From the IMG/VR virus record IMGVR_UViG_3300033049_000020, positions 64,001-128,000 of that record: a stretch of DNA of 64,000 nucleotides, one strand, 5' to 3'. Every line of letters starts with the position of its first letter. Within the stretch, counting starts at the first letter, position 1. The notes beneath the pieces were generated by a model that was given only the letters and a program-made list of their open reading frames with translations, was not told the origin of the DNA and ran no database searches. The stretch is from a virus. The position numbers and the translations under genes were made by a program. Below are positions 21,163 to 31,739 of this stretch, piece by piece.

Positions 21163-22039
21163 GAAATATTTCGTCTAACCAACCATTTTTATATGCGGAT
21201 TTATAAGCGGCTTGATTATCACCTCTAAAAGATGTCCTATTTTTATAACCCGTTGAAGCCTCAAAACATTTATCCTTAGTCCAATAGTATTTTTCGTGCC
21301 CATCCTTGGACATGTGCTTACAAATATCATCCAACCAACCCCTTCTTAATGCTATATTATAAACTGAAACGTGTTTTTTTCTAAATTCACTTTTAGTCTT
21401 ACAATTAATGCTTATTTCCCGACACCTGTCCTTATCCCAAAACCCTCTGGGTTTAATTTTATTTGGAATAATATCGTATACGTCTACCAACCACCCACCG
21501 TTTTTTGCCGAATTGTAAGCTCCATGGTATTTTTTTATGAAATAGTCTCTACTTTCACATAATTTAGCCACTTCCAGACATTTTTCTCTTGTCCACTTGG
21601 TAGTATTACCCCCTAAACCACCACGTTTTCGATTAATTATATTAACCTTAGACTCTTGGTATTCTTTAATTATTTTAGACTCTAATTTAGCCGCTTCTTC
21701 TTTATCTATATAGTCGGTTAATTGTTTGACAATGAATTTATGATTATTCTTAGCTAAATATCGGTATATTGAACTTCTTCGGTCTACTCTGTGTTTATAT
21801 TTCCTAACGTCTAAATTGTAAGTTAAACCAATATAGATAGCGCCACCCTCAAATTCATAAGCGTATACGCACCTATTATATCTGTTACCGTTATTAGACA
21901 TATGTTCACATAGTTCTTCGTGCCACCCCATTTTCAACGACTTATTATAAGCACCACTGAACCTAATAGTAAATTCGGTTTTAGTAGAACATAATAAGGC
22001 TAATTCCTTACATTTATTTTTGGTTAGTTTATATTTCAT
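21152..22039 (-). mobile_element. GIY-YIG homing endonuclease with repeated WT/WD..KC helical modules
   Basis: VYAYEF..IYIGLT..R; four repeats ending AY.SA..GWL. Confidence 0.8.
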
Positions 22040-22090
22040 TATTACGGTTTATTATAAATATGGGCTAGAACCAAGAAAACCCATTAATTT

Positions 22091-22396
22091 ATGTACTTGA
22101 TGTTCATTGGTCACTATTTCGAAGGTGGTGATTGGGACGATAGGGCTATTAAAGGTATTCGTAAGTTCAAAGGACGAATGGATAGATGGTTGAACGAAGC
22201 TGAGAAGCATGGTGAAGCTATTGACGTTAGAACGTTTATCGATACAGTTGATGGGTACGTTGAGGCATTCAAATTCAATAAGGTTATTAGTAGTTTTATG
22301 GAGTTCTACAATAAGAACAAGAATACCACAATAGATATACCTACGGCCAATATCATAAGGGAGATGATGAAATGTATATCTCCTAATTTCAAATAA
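22091..22396 (+). pseudogene. Orphaned duplicate of LeuRS C-terminus
   Basis: YLMFIGHYFEGGDWDD..GIRKF aligns with YLMFLGPYTQGGDWSD..GIRRF of leuS. Confidence 0.85.
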
Positions 22397-22822
22397 GGTT
22401 GCACAAGTCAATTTAATTTAGTATCTTTGTATTATGAAAAATTTTATATATTTCGTTATGGCGGTGCAAGTAGTTCTAATAGGCTTAGGTGTCTATGATG
22501 TTTACCAAGGAGACGTAGGTTTCGGAGTAAGTATGATACTATTCAACGGATTCTTCTTAGCTAATAATGTGAAGACTATGAATCGCTGAGACTAATGGCA
22601 ACTGACGAAGAATTACTGAAAATCTATAGGCTCGGCTTCAATGATGAACTATGGGATAAGCCACGACAAGCTTTTAATGATGACTTCCAAGACCGAGCCT
22701 ATGGGTTAGGTATGATGGATGCAATAGCAGGTGATGACGTATCATCAGTCGATGAGAAGTCCAACGAGGAAACCTTGAAGCAGATTAAAGGATTATAGCT
22801 CGGTTAACCTATATTTATAGGT

Positions 22823-23605
22823 ATGTTACCAAGCATAAGAAAAAGTTTACGAGAAGGATTAATGTTCGAGCACGATGTTGTGGACTCAAAGAGAGTACGC
22901 AATCAAATAGACCACATACGGTATGTCTTTACAGTTAATGGTGTTTTATATAACGTCAATTTCTGGCATGATGACAAGGTGCATAAATTTGGTGAGTACG
23001 AACTAGAGTTTTCAATTGATAATCAAAACAATACTGGTCAAAGAGTTGGTAAAGACCTTAGACACCTTAACACAGTTTTATACACGGTTACCAACATTAT
23101 CGAAAGAGAAGTTCAAGAAAAAGGTATCATACGAGTGAAGATTGAGGGTGCTGGTGACGCTAAGGATAGTGCTGGAATATTCAATCCAACTATTAGAGCT
23201 AAACTATACCTTAGATTCCTAAAGAACAAATATCCAACGGACGCTATAACTGCCGCAGGTCGTTATATTAATATGGATATGACCAAGATATATCCTAACA
23301 TGAAACGAGACGCTGAGAGTAGCTCAGATAAGCTTATCAAGGCTCTACTGGTTGTGTCTGATGCCGACCCAGATGAGACAGGTCTTAGAAGAGGCTTAAG
23401 TGGTAAGGATGAGTCACAATTCGTCATCAATACTGACTTTATTCAAAGCTCTAAATTTGGAACCATCTACGTAGAGATACGAGTGTGGGGTGCTATCAAC
23501 GAATATGAGCTTGCTTGGGATATAAACAGTACTGGAAACGAAGGTAGTAAAGAGTTCGAGAGCGTTGACCAAATGGTTGAGTTCATATTAGCCAATTTTA
23601 AATAA
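22823..23605 (+). CDS. Hypothetical protein (TATTTATA promoter class)
   Basis: 260 aa ORF. Confidence 0.7.
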   Translation: MLPSIRKSLREGLMFEHDVVDSKRVRNQIDHIRYVFTVNGVLYNVNFWHDDKVHKFGEYELEFSIDNQNNTGQRVGKDLRHLNTVLYTVTNIIEREVQEKGIIRVKIEGAGDAKDSAGIFNPTIRAKLYLRFLKNKYPTDAITAAGRYINMDMTKIYPNMKRDAESSSDKLIKALLVVSDADPDETGLRRGLSGKDESQFVINTDFIQSSKFGTIYVEIRVWGAINEYELAWDINSTGNEGSKEFESVDQMVEFILANFK

Positions 23606-23661
23606 ATTTGTATATATCAATTTAATTTAGTATCTTTGTATTATTAAATCAAAACATATAA

Positions 23662-24879
23662 ATGGGTAGTTTTTCATATACTTGCAAATTAACTGGAGTC
23701 CCTATCACATCAGGTGAGCCAGCAGTTCTAATCCCGATAAAACCTTCGGGGAAATTATATGACAATTCAGAAAAGAGTCTAAGTGAGTACGGAAAAACGT
23801 GCTTGGTATCAAATGATGGTGCTAGACTTAAATTTAATCCATGCTGGTTCCCAATCAGATTAAACTATAACGACTATGGTAGTGGTGAAGATATTGTAAA
23901 GGACGACAACACTGAAGTACTGGAAAAGTACTATAATCTACCCATAGAAACATTGGTTGAAATCATCACTTCACATAGAAAGGATGATGGATATGATGAT
24001 GCATTAGATGAAATCAAAGACCAAGAAAATCCTGGTGAGTACGGAGCGCCTAATTACCAAGATAGATATAAAGAACTTTTGAATATTTCTGGCATGTGGG
24101 TTCATGGAACCGTATATGATGAATTAGTCAAAGAGCAAGACCACTCGACCACTTCATGGGGATTTCCATTAGACTTGGGTATGCCAGAGATTCTAATTTC
24201 TTTCGGGTTTACCGAGATTGAAGAAGACCCGAAAGAAGCTAGATATAAACGACAGTTTGAGAAAGACGGATTGGTTGTTAATTCTGATGGTACTTGGTTA
24301 CATGTTAAAGACACTAATGGGATATATGATTTAGTTAACCTACAAGACTATTGTAAGTCGGAAGGGGTTACAATCGACATCAGTAATCATGAAAATAAGA
24401 GTTCTTGGGAGTTACTAAATGACTTCTTCATACCAACTATAGATAACTTAGACGGTGACCGTGGCTTGTTACTTAGTATGAGCACAAAGTCTATGGGTAC
24501 TATACTTAGAGAGCTAATGGCTGACGGAATGGATGAGGAAGATGCTGCGGATTTAGCTTTCGAATTAAAACATGGTATGATGTCCGAATCTAAAAAGAAA
24601 ATCGCTTACCGATTACTTAATTTTGGTTGTAATGAACATTCAGTTAAAAATCCGATAACTAGAGCATACTTTGAAGCTGTCAAAGAAGGTAAACTGAGAG
24701 ATGTAGTTAGAGACTTCTGGAGATTCGACAGTTATATGTACCCAACTGGTAGATTTTACGATATTATCGGTACGTCTCCACAATGTGGAGACGCTATATC
24801 GGTTAAAAGAGTATTGGAAGCCGCATTGGTAGCAGTAGCCCCACAAGTAGCTCAAGAAGAGGAATACGCAAACGAATGA
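23662..24879 (+). CDS. Hypothetical phage protein
   Basis: 405 aa ORF after TATCTTTG promoter. Confidence 0.75.
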   Translation: MGSFSYTCKLTGVPITSGEPAVLIPIKPSGKLYDNSEKSLSEYGKTCLVSNDGARLKFNPCWFPIRLNYNDYGSGEDIVKDDNTEVLEKYYNLPIETLVEIITSHRKDDGYDDALDEIKDQENPGEYGAPNYQDRYKELLNISGMWVHGTVYDELVKEQDHSTTSWGFPLDLGMPEILISFGFTEIEEDPKEARYKRQFEKDGLVVNSDGTWLHVKDTNGIYDLVNLQDYCKSEGVTIDISNHENKSSWELLNDFFIPTIDNLDGDRGLLLSMSTKSMGTILRELMADGMDEEDAADLAFELKHGMMSESKKKIAYRLLNFGCNEHSVKNPITRAYFEAVKEGKLRDVVRDFWRFDSYMYPTGRFYDIIGTSPQCGDAISVKRVLEAALVAVAPQVAQEEEYANE

Positions 24880-25586
24880 AAAAAAATTTAAAAACATCAA
24901 AAGAGTGGGAAGAGTTAGTTCCCAAAAGATTTAAATTGCAAATCCTAGACCCAGATGGTTGGGATAGAAGTAACTATGAATTCTCCTTTCATGAGGAGTT
25001 GATTACGTGGGAGCAATTCCGTAACAGGATGTCTTATTCTACGTGCATTGTACATGCCGATATTCATAAGTGGGATGGTTTAATATTTCGGGAGGAATTA
25101 GAAGAAAACGGATGGAAAGAAGAAGAAGGATTGTGGCGTCACGAAACGTTCGGTGCAGAAGGATTGATGTACGATGAGGCGGTACCAAACCTACCATCAC
25201 AAAATGAAATACCAGAAGGCTGGATGGATTGGAATAATCAGTCAATGGACTTCTATGTAAGTGTACTTGGGGGGTGGCAATTCCAAAGTAGTGGAGAAGC
25301 TAAAGCTATATGCAAATTGATAGCGTTCTATGAAGCCAACAAGGATAGAGACCCAAACCGAACAGAAACGGAACTATACTCAATCAAAGACGAGTGGGTG
25401 CGACATAACGCTAAAACAGATAGAGTAATTGCAGAAGGAACTAATCGTATAAATGGAATGTTCACAATGGAAGAAGCTCAAGCGTATGTAGCTAAACAAG
25501 ATGAGAGGGTAGAACTAGAGAAGTTCAACCAATATAGGTTACACTCTTTTATAATAGAAGAAATCACCAGTAAACCATTAGTATAA
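24876..25586 (+). CDS. Hypothetical phage protein
   Basis: 236 aa ORF overlapping previous stop. Confidence 0.7.
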   Translation: MKKNLKTSKEWEELVPKRFKLQILDPDGWDRSNYEFSFHEELITWEQFRNRMSYSTCIVHADIHKWDGLIFREELEENGWKEEEGLWRHETFGAEGLMYDEAVPNLPSQNEIPEGWMDWNNQSMDFYVSVLGGWQFQSSGEAKAICKLIAFYEANKDRDPNRTETELYSIKDEWVRHNAKTDRVIAEGTNRINGMFTMEEAQAYVAKQDERVELEKFNQYRLHSFIIEEITSKPLV

Positions 25587-26923
25587 GATGGACTTAGAAA
25601 AACAATGGAACGACTTACGTAACGATGGTAAATTATTATCATATATTGAGGATAAGTTTGACCACTATAAAGAACTTGGCTATCAAGTAAGTGCCTTCAT
25701 AAGCTCTTCTTATATTAGTATTGGAGATGAGAGTATCACAGGCAACAAATCCATGTACCACGAATTAAAGAGTATTCATGATATGGATGCGTACTTAAAA
25801 GATAAAGAGGAAAGTCAACCATGAACAAACTACACGCAAGAAAAATAAGTGAAACCATACCTGATGTTGCAATATTCAACATGCTGGAACGTGCTAAGAC
25901 TGAGGTAAAGGATTGGTCGGTTCCATGTAAGGTGAATGGTCAGATAAGTAGGGGACATTTCTGGAACATGTTCGCATGTCAACTTAAAGCTCCAGATTTT
26001 GAAATCGTGAGTAGTATGGTTAAGTATAGTCTTATATATGAGTTCGGTGACCTACTTCCAAAGGAGTACCAACCACCCAAAAAGAAAAAAGGTAAGGAGT
26101 TACCATTAAACTATATTCATTCAGAACCAAAATTTAACTAATGGAAACAGATGGAGATTACGATACTGGATGGGATGAATCAGAAGATACTGAACTAGAA
26201 GCATGGGATGTAGAAACGGATTCTGAAGACCCAGAATTTGAAACTGGTAAGGAACCAAATAAGGATATTGATTATTTATACATTCTTGGTGAGGCTTGGC
26301 CAGTATATCCGCAAGGTATCACCACTATTTTCGAAGATAAATATGAAAGACCTCATATTGTATCTAGAGAGCAATTTGATGCTATTCACACCAAATACTC
26401 TTGTATAGATATTGATGATGAGGTAACGGCTATCGATATAGTCAAAATTGGAAACACATCTTACGAATTTACCATTAAAGAACTTAATATCAGATGTCGC
26501 TCTAACTATCCTTGGGCATTCTTTGAGAACACTCCAGAGAATAGACCGAAAATCAATGAGTACTATAGACAGAAAAAGAATAGAGAAGAGTTGGCTGAAA
26601 TAGTTGAAGTATTAAGAAACGATATTGCACAACTATGAACGAAGAAGTTACCCACTTCAATTATTGTATAGCTAGACCATGGAAAAATAATCCAAATAGT
26701 CTATCCGCATACGCTTTAGGTACTCAATTATTTTATGGTACTATGGAGGAGGCTGAAGACACAAGAGCGAATATAAGTAAACGAGCTGGAAAAGAATATG
26801 AAATCTATAAGCTTGATAATCAACCACTTATGAGAAAACCTTAAAATATTTTACAAAAGACTTGTATTATCCAAATACTTTTCGTATCTTTGTACTATAT
26901 TTAATAGAAAGACATAAACAGTT

Positions 26924-26992
26924 ATGAGAAACTTTAACGACATATTCGAATTCAACTTTGCCGCATTTGCGGAGGAGGATGATTGCATCTAG
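26924..26992 (+). CDS. Leader peptide 2 (Phe/Glu/Asp/Ala-rich): MRNFNDIFEFNFAAFAEEDDCI
   Basis: Short ORF between promoter and terminator, ahead of Phe/Glu/Ala/Asp tRNAs. Confidence 0.8.
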   Translation: MRNFNDIFEFNFAAFAEEDDCI

Positions 26993-27034
26993 ATGCCAAA
27001 GGATATGTTGTAAACGAAACTCAATACGATATAC

Positions 27035-27068
27035 AAAACCTTTGGCTAACCAGTCAAAGGTTTTTTTT
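27035..27068 (+). terminator. Attenuator terminator 2
   Basis: AAAACCTTTGGCT/AGTCAAAGGTTTT plus T run; CCTTTGGC can pair alternatively with GCCAAAGG at 26995. Confidence 0.85.
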
Positions 27069-27185
27069 ATGCCTTAAAATTAAAATATGCGACCTAAGCT
27101 AACTTGGTAGAAGCACTGGCTTGAAACCCTTCTTTCTAATAGAAGTAAAACAATTAGAGTGAGTTCTTTGACATCTTGGTTAAAT

Positions 27186-27259
27186 GGGGTAGTGGTAGAG
27201 TTGGTCAATTGCGTTCGGTTGAAGCCCGAAAGATGTAGGTTCGATTCCTACCTGCCTCA
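27186..27259 (+). tRNA. tRNA-Phe(GAA)
   Basis: GGGGTAG/CTGCCTC, loop TTGAAGC. Confidence 0.8.
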
Positions 27260-27323
27260 CAAAAGTTTGAACTATTTTTACACTTTTCAGTCTTTGTTGA
27301 TATTTATATTAAACGATGATATT

Positions 27324-27740
27324 ATGGAAAAGAAAATTTGTACACGATGTGAAGATAGTAAAGAGTTAGACGACTTCAGTTGGAAGAGTAAAGTAAAAGG
27401 GACTAAACAGTCTAAGTGTAAAGTATGTATGCGTGAGTTGGATAAGATAAAATACGCTAATGATACTGAAAGGAGAAGAAGAATAAGGGAAACCGCAAAA
27501 CTGGCTTATATTAGGAATCGTGATTTTGTGCGGAGAGTAAAAAGGTTGGGTAGCTGCTCTGAATGTGTAGAAGATAGGTGGTATTGTTTAGACTTCCATC
27601 ATTGTGGAGATAAAGAGTTTGAACTTAGTGATATGGTACATTCTGGGTATTCCATTATTAAGATTAAAAAGGAAATTAGAAAATGTAAGCTTCTATGTGC
27701 TAATTGTCATAGAGAAGAACATTACCAGAATGGTTATTGA
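27324..27740 (+). mobile_element. HNH homing endonuclease
   Basis: CSEC..LDFHH...KC.LLCANCHREEH. Confidence 0.85.
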
Positions 27741-27776
27741 CGCGGTTCGAAACTGGTAGGTCGCACCAAAACATAC

Positions 27777-27849
27777 GTGACAGTAGCTCAGTTGGTAGAG
27801 CATCGCCCTGAAGAGGCGAGTGTCGGGGGTTCGAGACCCTCTTGTCACA
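27777..27849 (+). tRNA. tRNA-Phe(GAA)
   Basis: GTGACAG/TTGTCAC, loop CTGAAGA. Confidence 0.9.
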
Positions 27850-28013
27850 CAGCTAATATTTTAGCCAGAAATAGCTAAAATAGAGGTAAATAGTTAATAT
27901 ATTAGCTATTGTTCTTTGACATCTTGGTTAAATGGTGCTGTATGCAAGCGGTTCAACGCAGCAATTTGACATTTTCTAAATGTTTAGTATATTTATATTA
28001 AAATAGATATATT

Positions 28014-28640
28014 ATGGTAAGAAAATGGAGAGAAAAGGAAATTGAGTTTTTAAAGCTTAATTATGGTGCTAATGGTTGTAAATACGTTTGTGAAAAATTA
28101 AATAGAGGTAGAGGTAGTGTACAGAAAAAGGCTAAAGTCTTCAACCTGAAAGTAGATAGGAAAAAAATTTATTATTCAGTGGAAGTTGTTAGTAGAATAG
28201 TCAGTGAAAGTATGTCGATGAAGGATGTGGTGTTGGCATTAGGTAAAAGTGTTAGTGGTAAACAATATAAGGTAATAAAAAAGTTTATAGATGATAATAG
28301 TATTGACGATACACATTTTAATCCTTACCACTTAAATAAAACTAATTTAAAAATTGGTAGAGTCACATATCCAATTGACCATTGGCTTAAGAACGGTTCT
28401 AATATTAGTAGTTCTAACTTAAAGGTTAAACTATATAAAGAAGGTCTGAAGAAGAGGGATTGCGAAATGTGTGGGCAAGGTGAAGAATGGTTAGGTAAAA
28501 AAATGAGTTTAATACTTGACCATATTAATGGGGTGAATGATGATAATAGGTTGGATAACTTAAGGATTGTTTGCCCTAATTGTAACGCTACCTTGGAAAC
28601 CCATTGTAGAGGTAGTAAGGGATTAAAACAACGTGCGTAA
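28014..28640 (+). mobile_element. HNH homing endonuclease
   Basis: CEMCG..LDHING..DNRLDNLRIVCPNC. Confidence 0.9.
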
Positions 28641-28714
28641 TGCAATTGGGTGCGCAACTGGGCTTTCACCCCAGCTACATTGTTAGAGAGTGGGTTCGAT
28701 TCCCACACGCATGA
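28632..28714 (+). tRNA. tRNA-Glu(TTC), long variable arm
   Basis: CGTGCGT/ACGCATG, loop CTTTCAC; overlaps HNH stop. Confidence 0.75.
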
Positions 28715-28908
28715 CTATACAACCTTGTGTCTATATGACTTCGAGGGTTCGAATCCCTTCGGCACTACATTATTGGTGTTCCAAATTGACCTAAAATTGA
28801 GTGTTTTGGAACACCAATAACCAGCCAAAACTACCTGTTTTAGGGTACATTTGGCTGGTTATAGAACGCGGAATGTACTTAAATGTGGTAGATTCCGAGA
28901 AATATCAC

Positions 28909-28981
28909 CGCCCGTTGGTCTATCGGTTAGGACGTCTGGTTTTCAACCAGAAGGTGATGGGTTCAATTCCCATACGGGTGA
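28909..28981 (+). tRNA. tRNA-Glu(TTC)
   Basis: CGCCCGT/ACGGGTG, loop TTTTCAA. Confidence 0.9.
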
Positions 28982-29011
28982 CCTTGACAATCTGGAAAGA
29001 CAGATAATTAT

Positions 29012-29088
29012 GGGGGATGGGACTGCTTTGGAGTGGTCACCTCACTTGCAATGAGGAAATCAGATGGGTTCGAATCCCATATCCTCCA
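29012..29088 (+). tRNA. tRNA-Ala(TGC)
   Basis: G3:U70 pair, loop CTTGCAA. Confidence 0.85.
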
Positions 29089-29153
29089 CTCAATGTGGGA
29101 CTTTGATTTACTTTTTCTCCACTTTGCGTATATTTATAATAAAGACTAAATAA

Positions 29154-29933
29154 ATGGCTAAGTGTAAGAATATTGAGTGTAAAAATAATACAGAAGGTAA
29201 ACGAGTTTATTGTTCGTTACAGTGTAGGAACTATTATGTTAACAAATATATTAGGGACTACAATAAAAATAGCAAGGGGCTTGCCAAAGACGCTAAGAAA
29301 GTTTATGAGGACAACCCTAAATATTGCTTAAACCCTAATTGCGGAGAGAAGATAACATATAAGAAAAGAAGGAACCAATATTGTAATAGCTCATGTCAGG
29401 CGTCTGTTACGGGTGTAGGTAGAATTGTTAGCGAAAGTACTAGGGAAAAGCATAGATTAAGTAGGTTAAAACAAATTGGTGATTACAAAAAGGTTGATTG
29501 TAAATGGTGTGGTTCAGAACTATTAGTTATGAATAGAAGACTATATTGTGATTCAGAATGTAGAAGAAAATATAATCGTAAGAATATGGATGAGTTCTTA
29601 ATCTACAAAGCTGACACAAAATTCGGTTTTAATTTGGGTGATTATCCTAAAGAATTTAATTTTGGGCTGATAGAGGAACACGGTTGGTACTCACCAACCA
29701 ATTCAAGAAAGCCTAATATTGGTGGTATAAGTAGAGACCACATGTTATCAGTTAGAGAAGGGTTTAATAGTGGGATAGACCCAAAATTATTGAGTCATCC
29801 AGCCAATTGTAAATTGATGATTCATGGTGATAATATTAGTAAGAATAAGAAATCTAGTATAACAGAAGAAGAATTAAAGGAAAGGATTAAAGAATGGAAT
29901 AAGAAATATGGGGCTATGGTGACAACTGGCTAA
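29154..29933 (+). mobile_element. Zn-finger/HNH-like homing endonuclease
   Basis: Multiple CxxC/YCS..C; SRDHMLS..HPANC..NISK; ends inside tRNA-Ala. Confidence 0.65.
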
Positions 29934-29983
29934 CACGTTGCTTTTGCAAGGCAGAGATGGGGTATCGTACACCCCTAGCTCCA
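29910..29983 (+). tRNA. tRNA-Ala(TGC), atypical T loop
   Basis: GGGGCTA/TAGCTCC, loop TTTGCAA. Confidence 0.75.
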
Positions 29984-30297
29984 CTTATTAACTTAAAAAT
30001 GAAGTAAAATGAGACTTACAGAGAAAAGAGAAATGCTTATGAAATTGGGTGAGAACCTAATGAGTAAAGGTGGTAAGCTAACACTTAACTTCACCAACGG
30101 TAGTATGAGGTATACGGAGCTTATAGCTTCTGAACAGTATCACTATCAAAGTGACAAACGATATGTCGAAATATCGGCTATGGTTCATTTCAGTGAACCA
30201 AACGTCTACAGGGTAATACCTATAGGCACTAATACAATTAGTTTTGTACTGGAAACACTTCTGAGTAACTCCAAGTAACCGCTTGGCATCAGTAATT

Positions 30298-30369
30298 GGT
30301 CTTGAAGCACAATGGCTGTGCAACTCGTTGTCTGCGAGAAAGTTGCGAGTTCGAATCTCGTCAGGACCG
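30298..30369 (+). tRNA. tRNA-Asp(GTC)
   Basis: GGTCTTG/CAGGACC-G, loop TTGTCTG. Confidence 0.8.
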
Positions 30370-30398
30370 CCTTTGACAATCTGGAAAGACAGATAAAT

Positions 30399-30481
30399 GG
30401 ATATGGCGCATAACGGCTGGTGTACCTGACTGTCACTCAGGTGTGTGTAACACGTAGTGGGTTCGACTCCCATCATATCTG
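30399..30481 (+). tRNA. tRNA-Asp(GTC), long variable arm
   Basis: GGATATG/CATATCT-G, loop CTGTCAC. Confidence 0.8.
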
Positions 30482-30517
30482 CCCTTGACTTTTTGGTACT
30501 TAGCCATATTTATATGT

Positions 30518-31159
30518 ATGAGGAAACCAAAAACGATACATTACCTTTACAAGACTACTTGTAAAGTAACAAATAGGTACTATGTAGGGATGCATAGTAC
30601 CAACGACTTAGAAGACGGTTATATGGGTTCTGGAAGAAGGTTACGAGCCTCAATCAGGAAACATGGTGAAGATAACCATACCAAAGAGATATTGGAGTTC
30701 TTTGATGATAGAGGACGACTGATAGAAGCAGAGAAGGAATCTATTACCTTAGACATGATTGATGATAAGGATTGTATGAATCTGATGGGAGGTGGAACAG
30801 GTGGTTTCATCAGCGAAGACCAACAGAGGCATCGTTCAACGATTGCAGTGGAGAAGAGAGAAAAGAAGAGAGAGGACGACCCAGAGTGGGATAAAGAGTA
30901 TAGACAAGCTCAATCCCTATCATTGATGAAGCAATATGAGAGTGGTAAGCGAGTATCCAAGCTCCCAAACTGGGAAGGTAGGAAACATTCAGAAATTACT
31001 AAAGAGAAGATGAGGGAGACTAAGAAGGGACAAGGCTCTGGCGAAACTAACTCTCAATACGGTACTTGTTGGATAACCAAAGATGGTTCCAACAAGAAGA
31101 TTAAGAAACAACTTCTTGATTCATTCCTTACTGAAGGATGGGTTAAAGGTAGAAAATAA
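30518..31159 (+). mobile_element. GIY-YIG (Seg-like) homing endonuclease, paralog of 18569
   Basis: MRKPKTIHY.YKTTC..YYVGMHST..YMGSG. Confidence 0.9.
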
Positions 31160-31465
31160 TTTGGATAGGTCGAATATTTTACGTATCTTTTACGTATCTT
31201 TGTAGGATGAAAAGATTTAAGATAGGCGATACGTTCGTCAATAATGTAGACCATAGTAAGGTTAGTTCTAAAGGATATGACCATGCAGTTAACTACCTGC
31301 CATACACTTCAGAACCAGATGAAAGTTTGGAAACTATTGGTAAAACACAAACGGTTATAGATATTGAAGATGGTGATACTATAATCACTGATTTTGTTTT
31401 ATCATCTGGAGAAACGTACTGGTTTGAAAAGGATTCCTCATACGCAGAAAGTTGTAAAAAAATAC

Positions 31466-31576
31466 GAATGTAAGAGCAAGCTGTCGTGAGACGCTGTATT
31501 GGGTTCATTACCCGATAAGTCTACGGTTAAAGGTGGTACCATTGTTAACTTATAGGTGCAATTCCTATTACATTCG
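31466..31576 (+). ncRNA. Expanded tRNA-like RNA with CAT anticodon hairpin
   Basis: GAATGTA/TACATTC acceptor, T-like arm ATAGG-TGCAATT-CCTAT, hairpin TATTGGG-TTCATTA-CCCGATA. Confidence 0.5.
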
Positions 31577-31578
31577 CT

Positions 31579-31661
31579 AAGGTTGAATACAGCAAACAAA
31601 AATTCCGAGAGATGTGCCCACGGGCACCCTTCCCGACCAAATTCCCGAAAGGGGTCAACCT
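31579..31661 (+). ncRNA. CAGCAA-stem element
   Basis: AGGTTGA-ATACAGCAA...TCAACCT closing stem with internal hairpins. Confidence 0.5.
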
Positions 31662-31667
31662 ACATTC

Positions 31668-31739
31668 CGTCCTATGGTGTAACGGCTAACATGCTACCCT
31701 GTCACGGTGGCGCTAGGGGTTCGATTCCCCTTGGGACGG
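31668..31739 (+). tRNA. tRNA-Asp(GTC)
   Basis: CGTCCTA/TGGGACG, loop CTGTCAC. Confidence 0.9.

Larger units (their letters stand above)
27089..27768 (+). pseudogene. Split tRNA (Phe-like): 5' half 27089-27129, 3' half ~27743-27768
   Basis: GCGACCT pairs with AGGTCGC-A-CCA ~670 nt downstream; tRNA-Phe and HNH gene lie between. Confidence 0.75.
27934..28767 (+). pseudogene. Split tRNA (probably Glu-like): 5' half 27934-27964, 3' half ~28715-28767
   Basis: GGTGCTG pairs with CGGCACT-A; T arm and variable arm in the distal piece; HNH gene and tRNA-Glu lie between. Confidence 0.7.

Noticed and set aside
27130-28714. Group I introns in the split tRNAs
   Set aside because: No recognisable P7/catalytic core and no room for one; the inserts consist of a tRNA plus an HNH ORF, and junction bases are missing.
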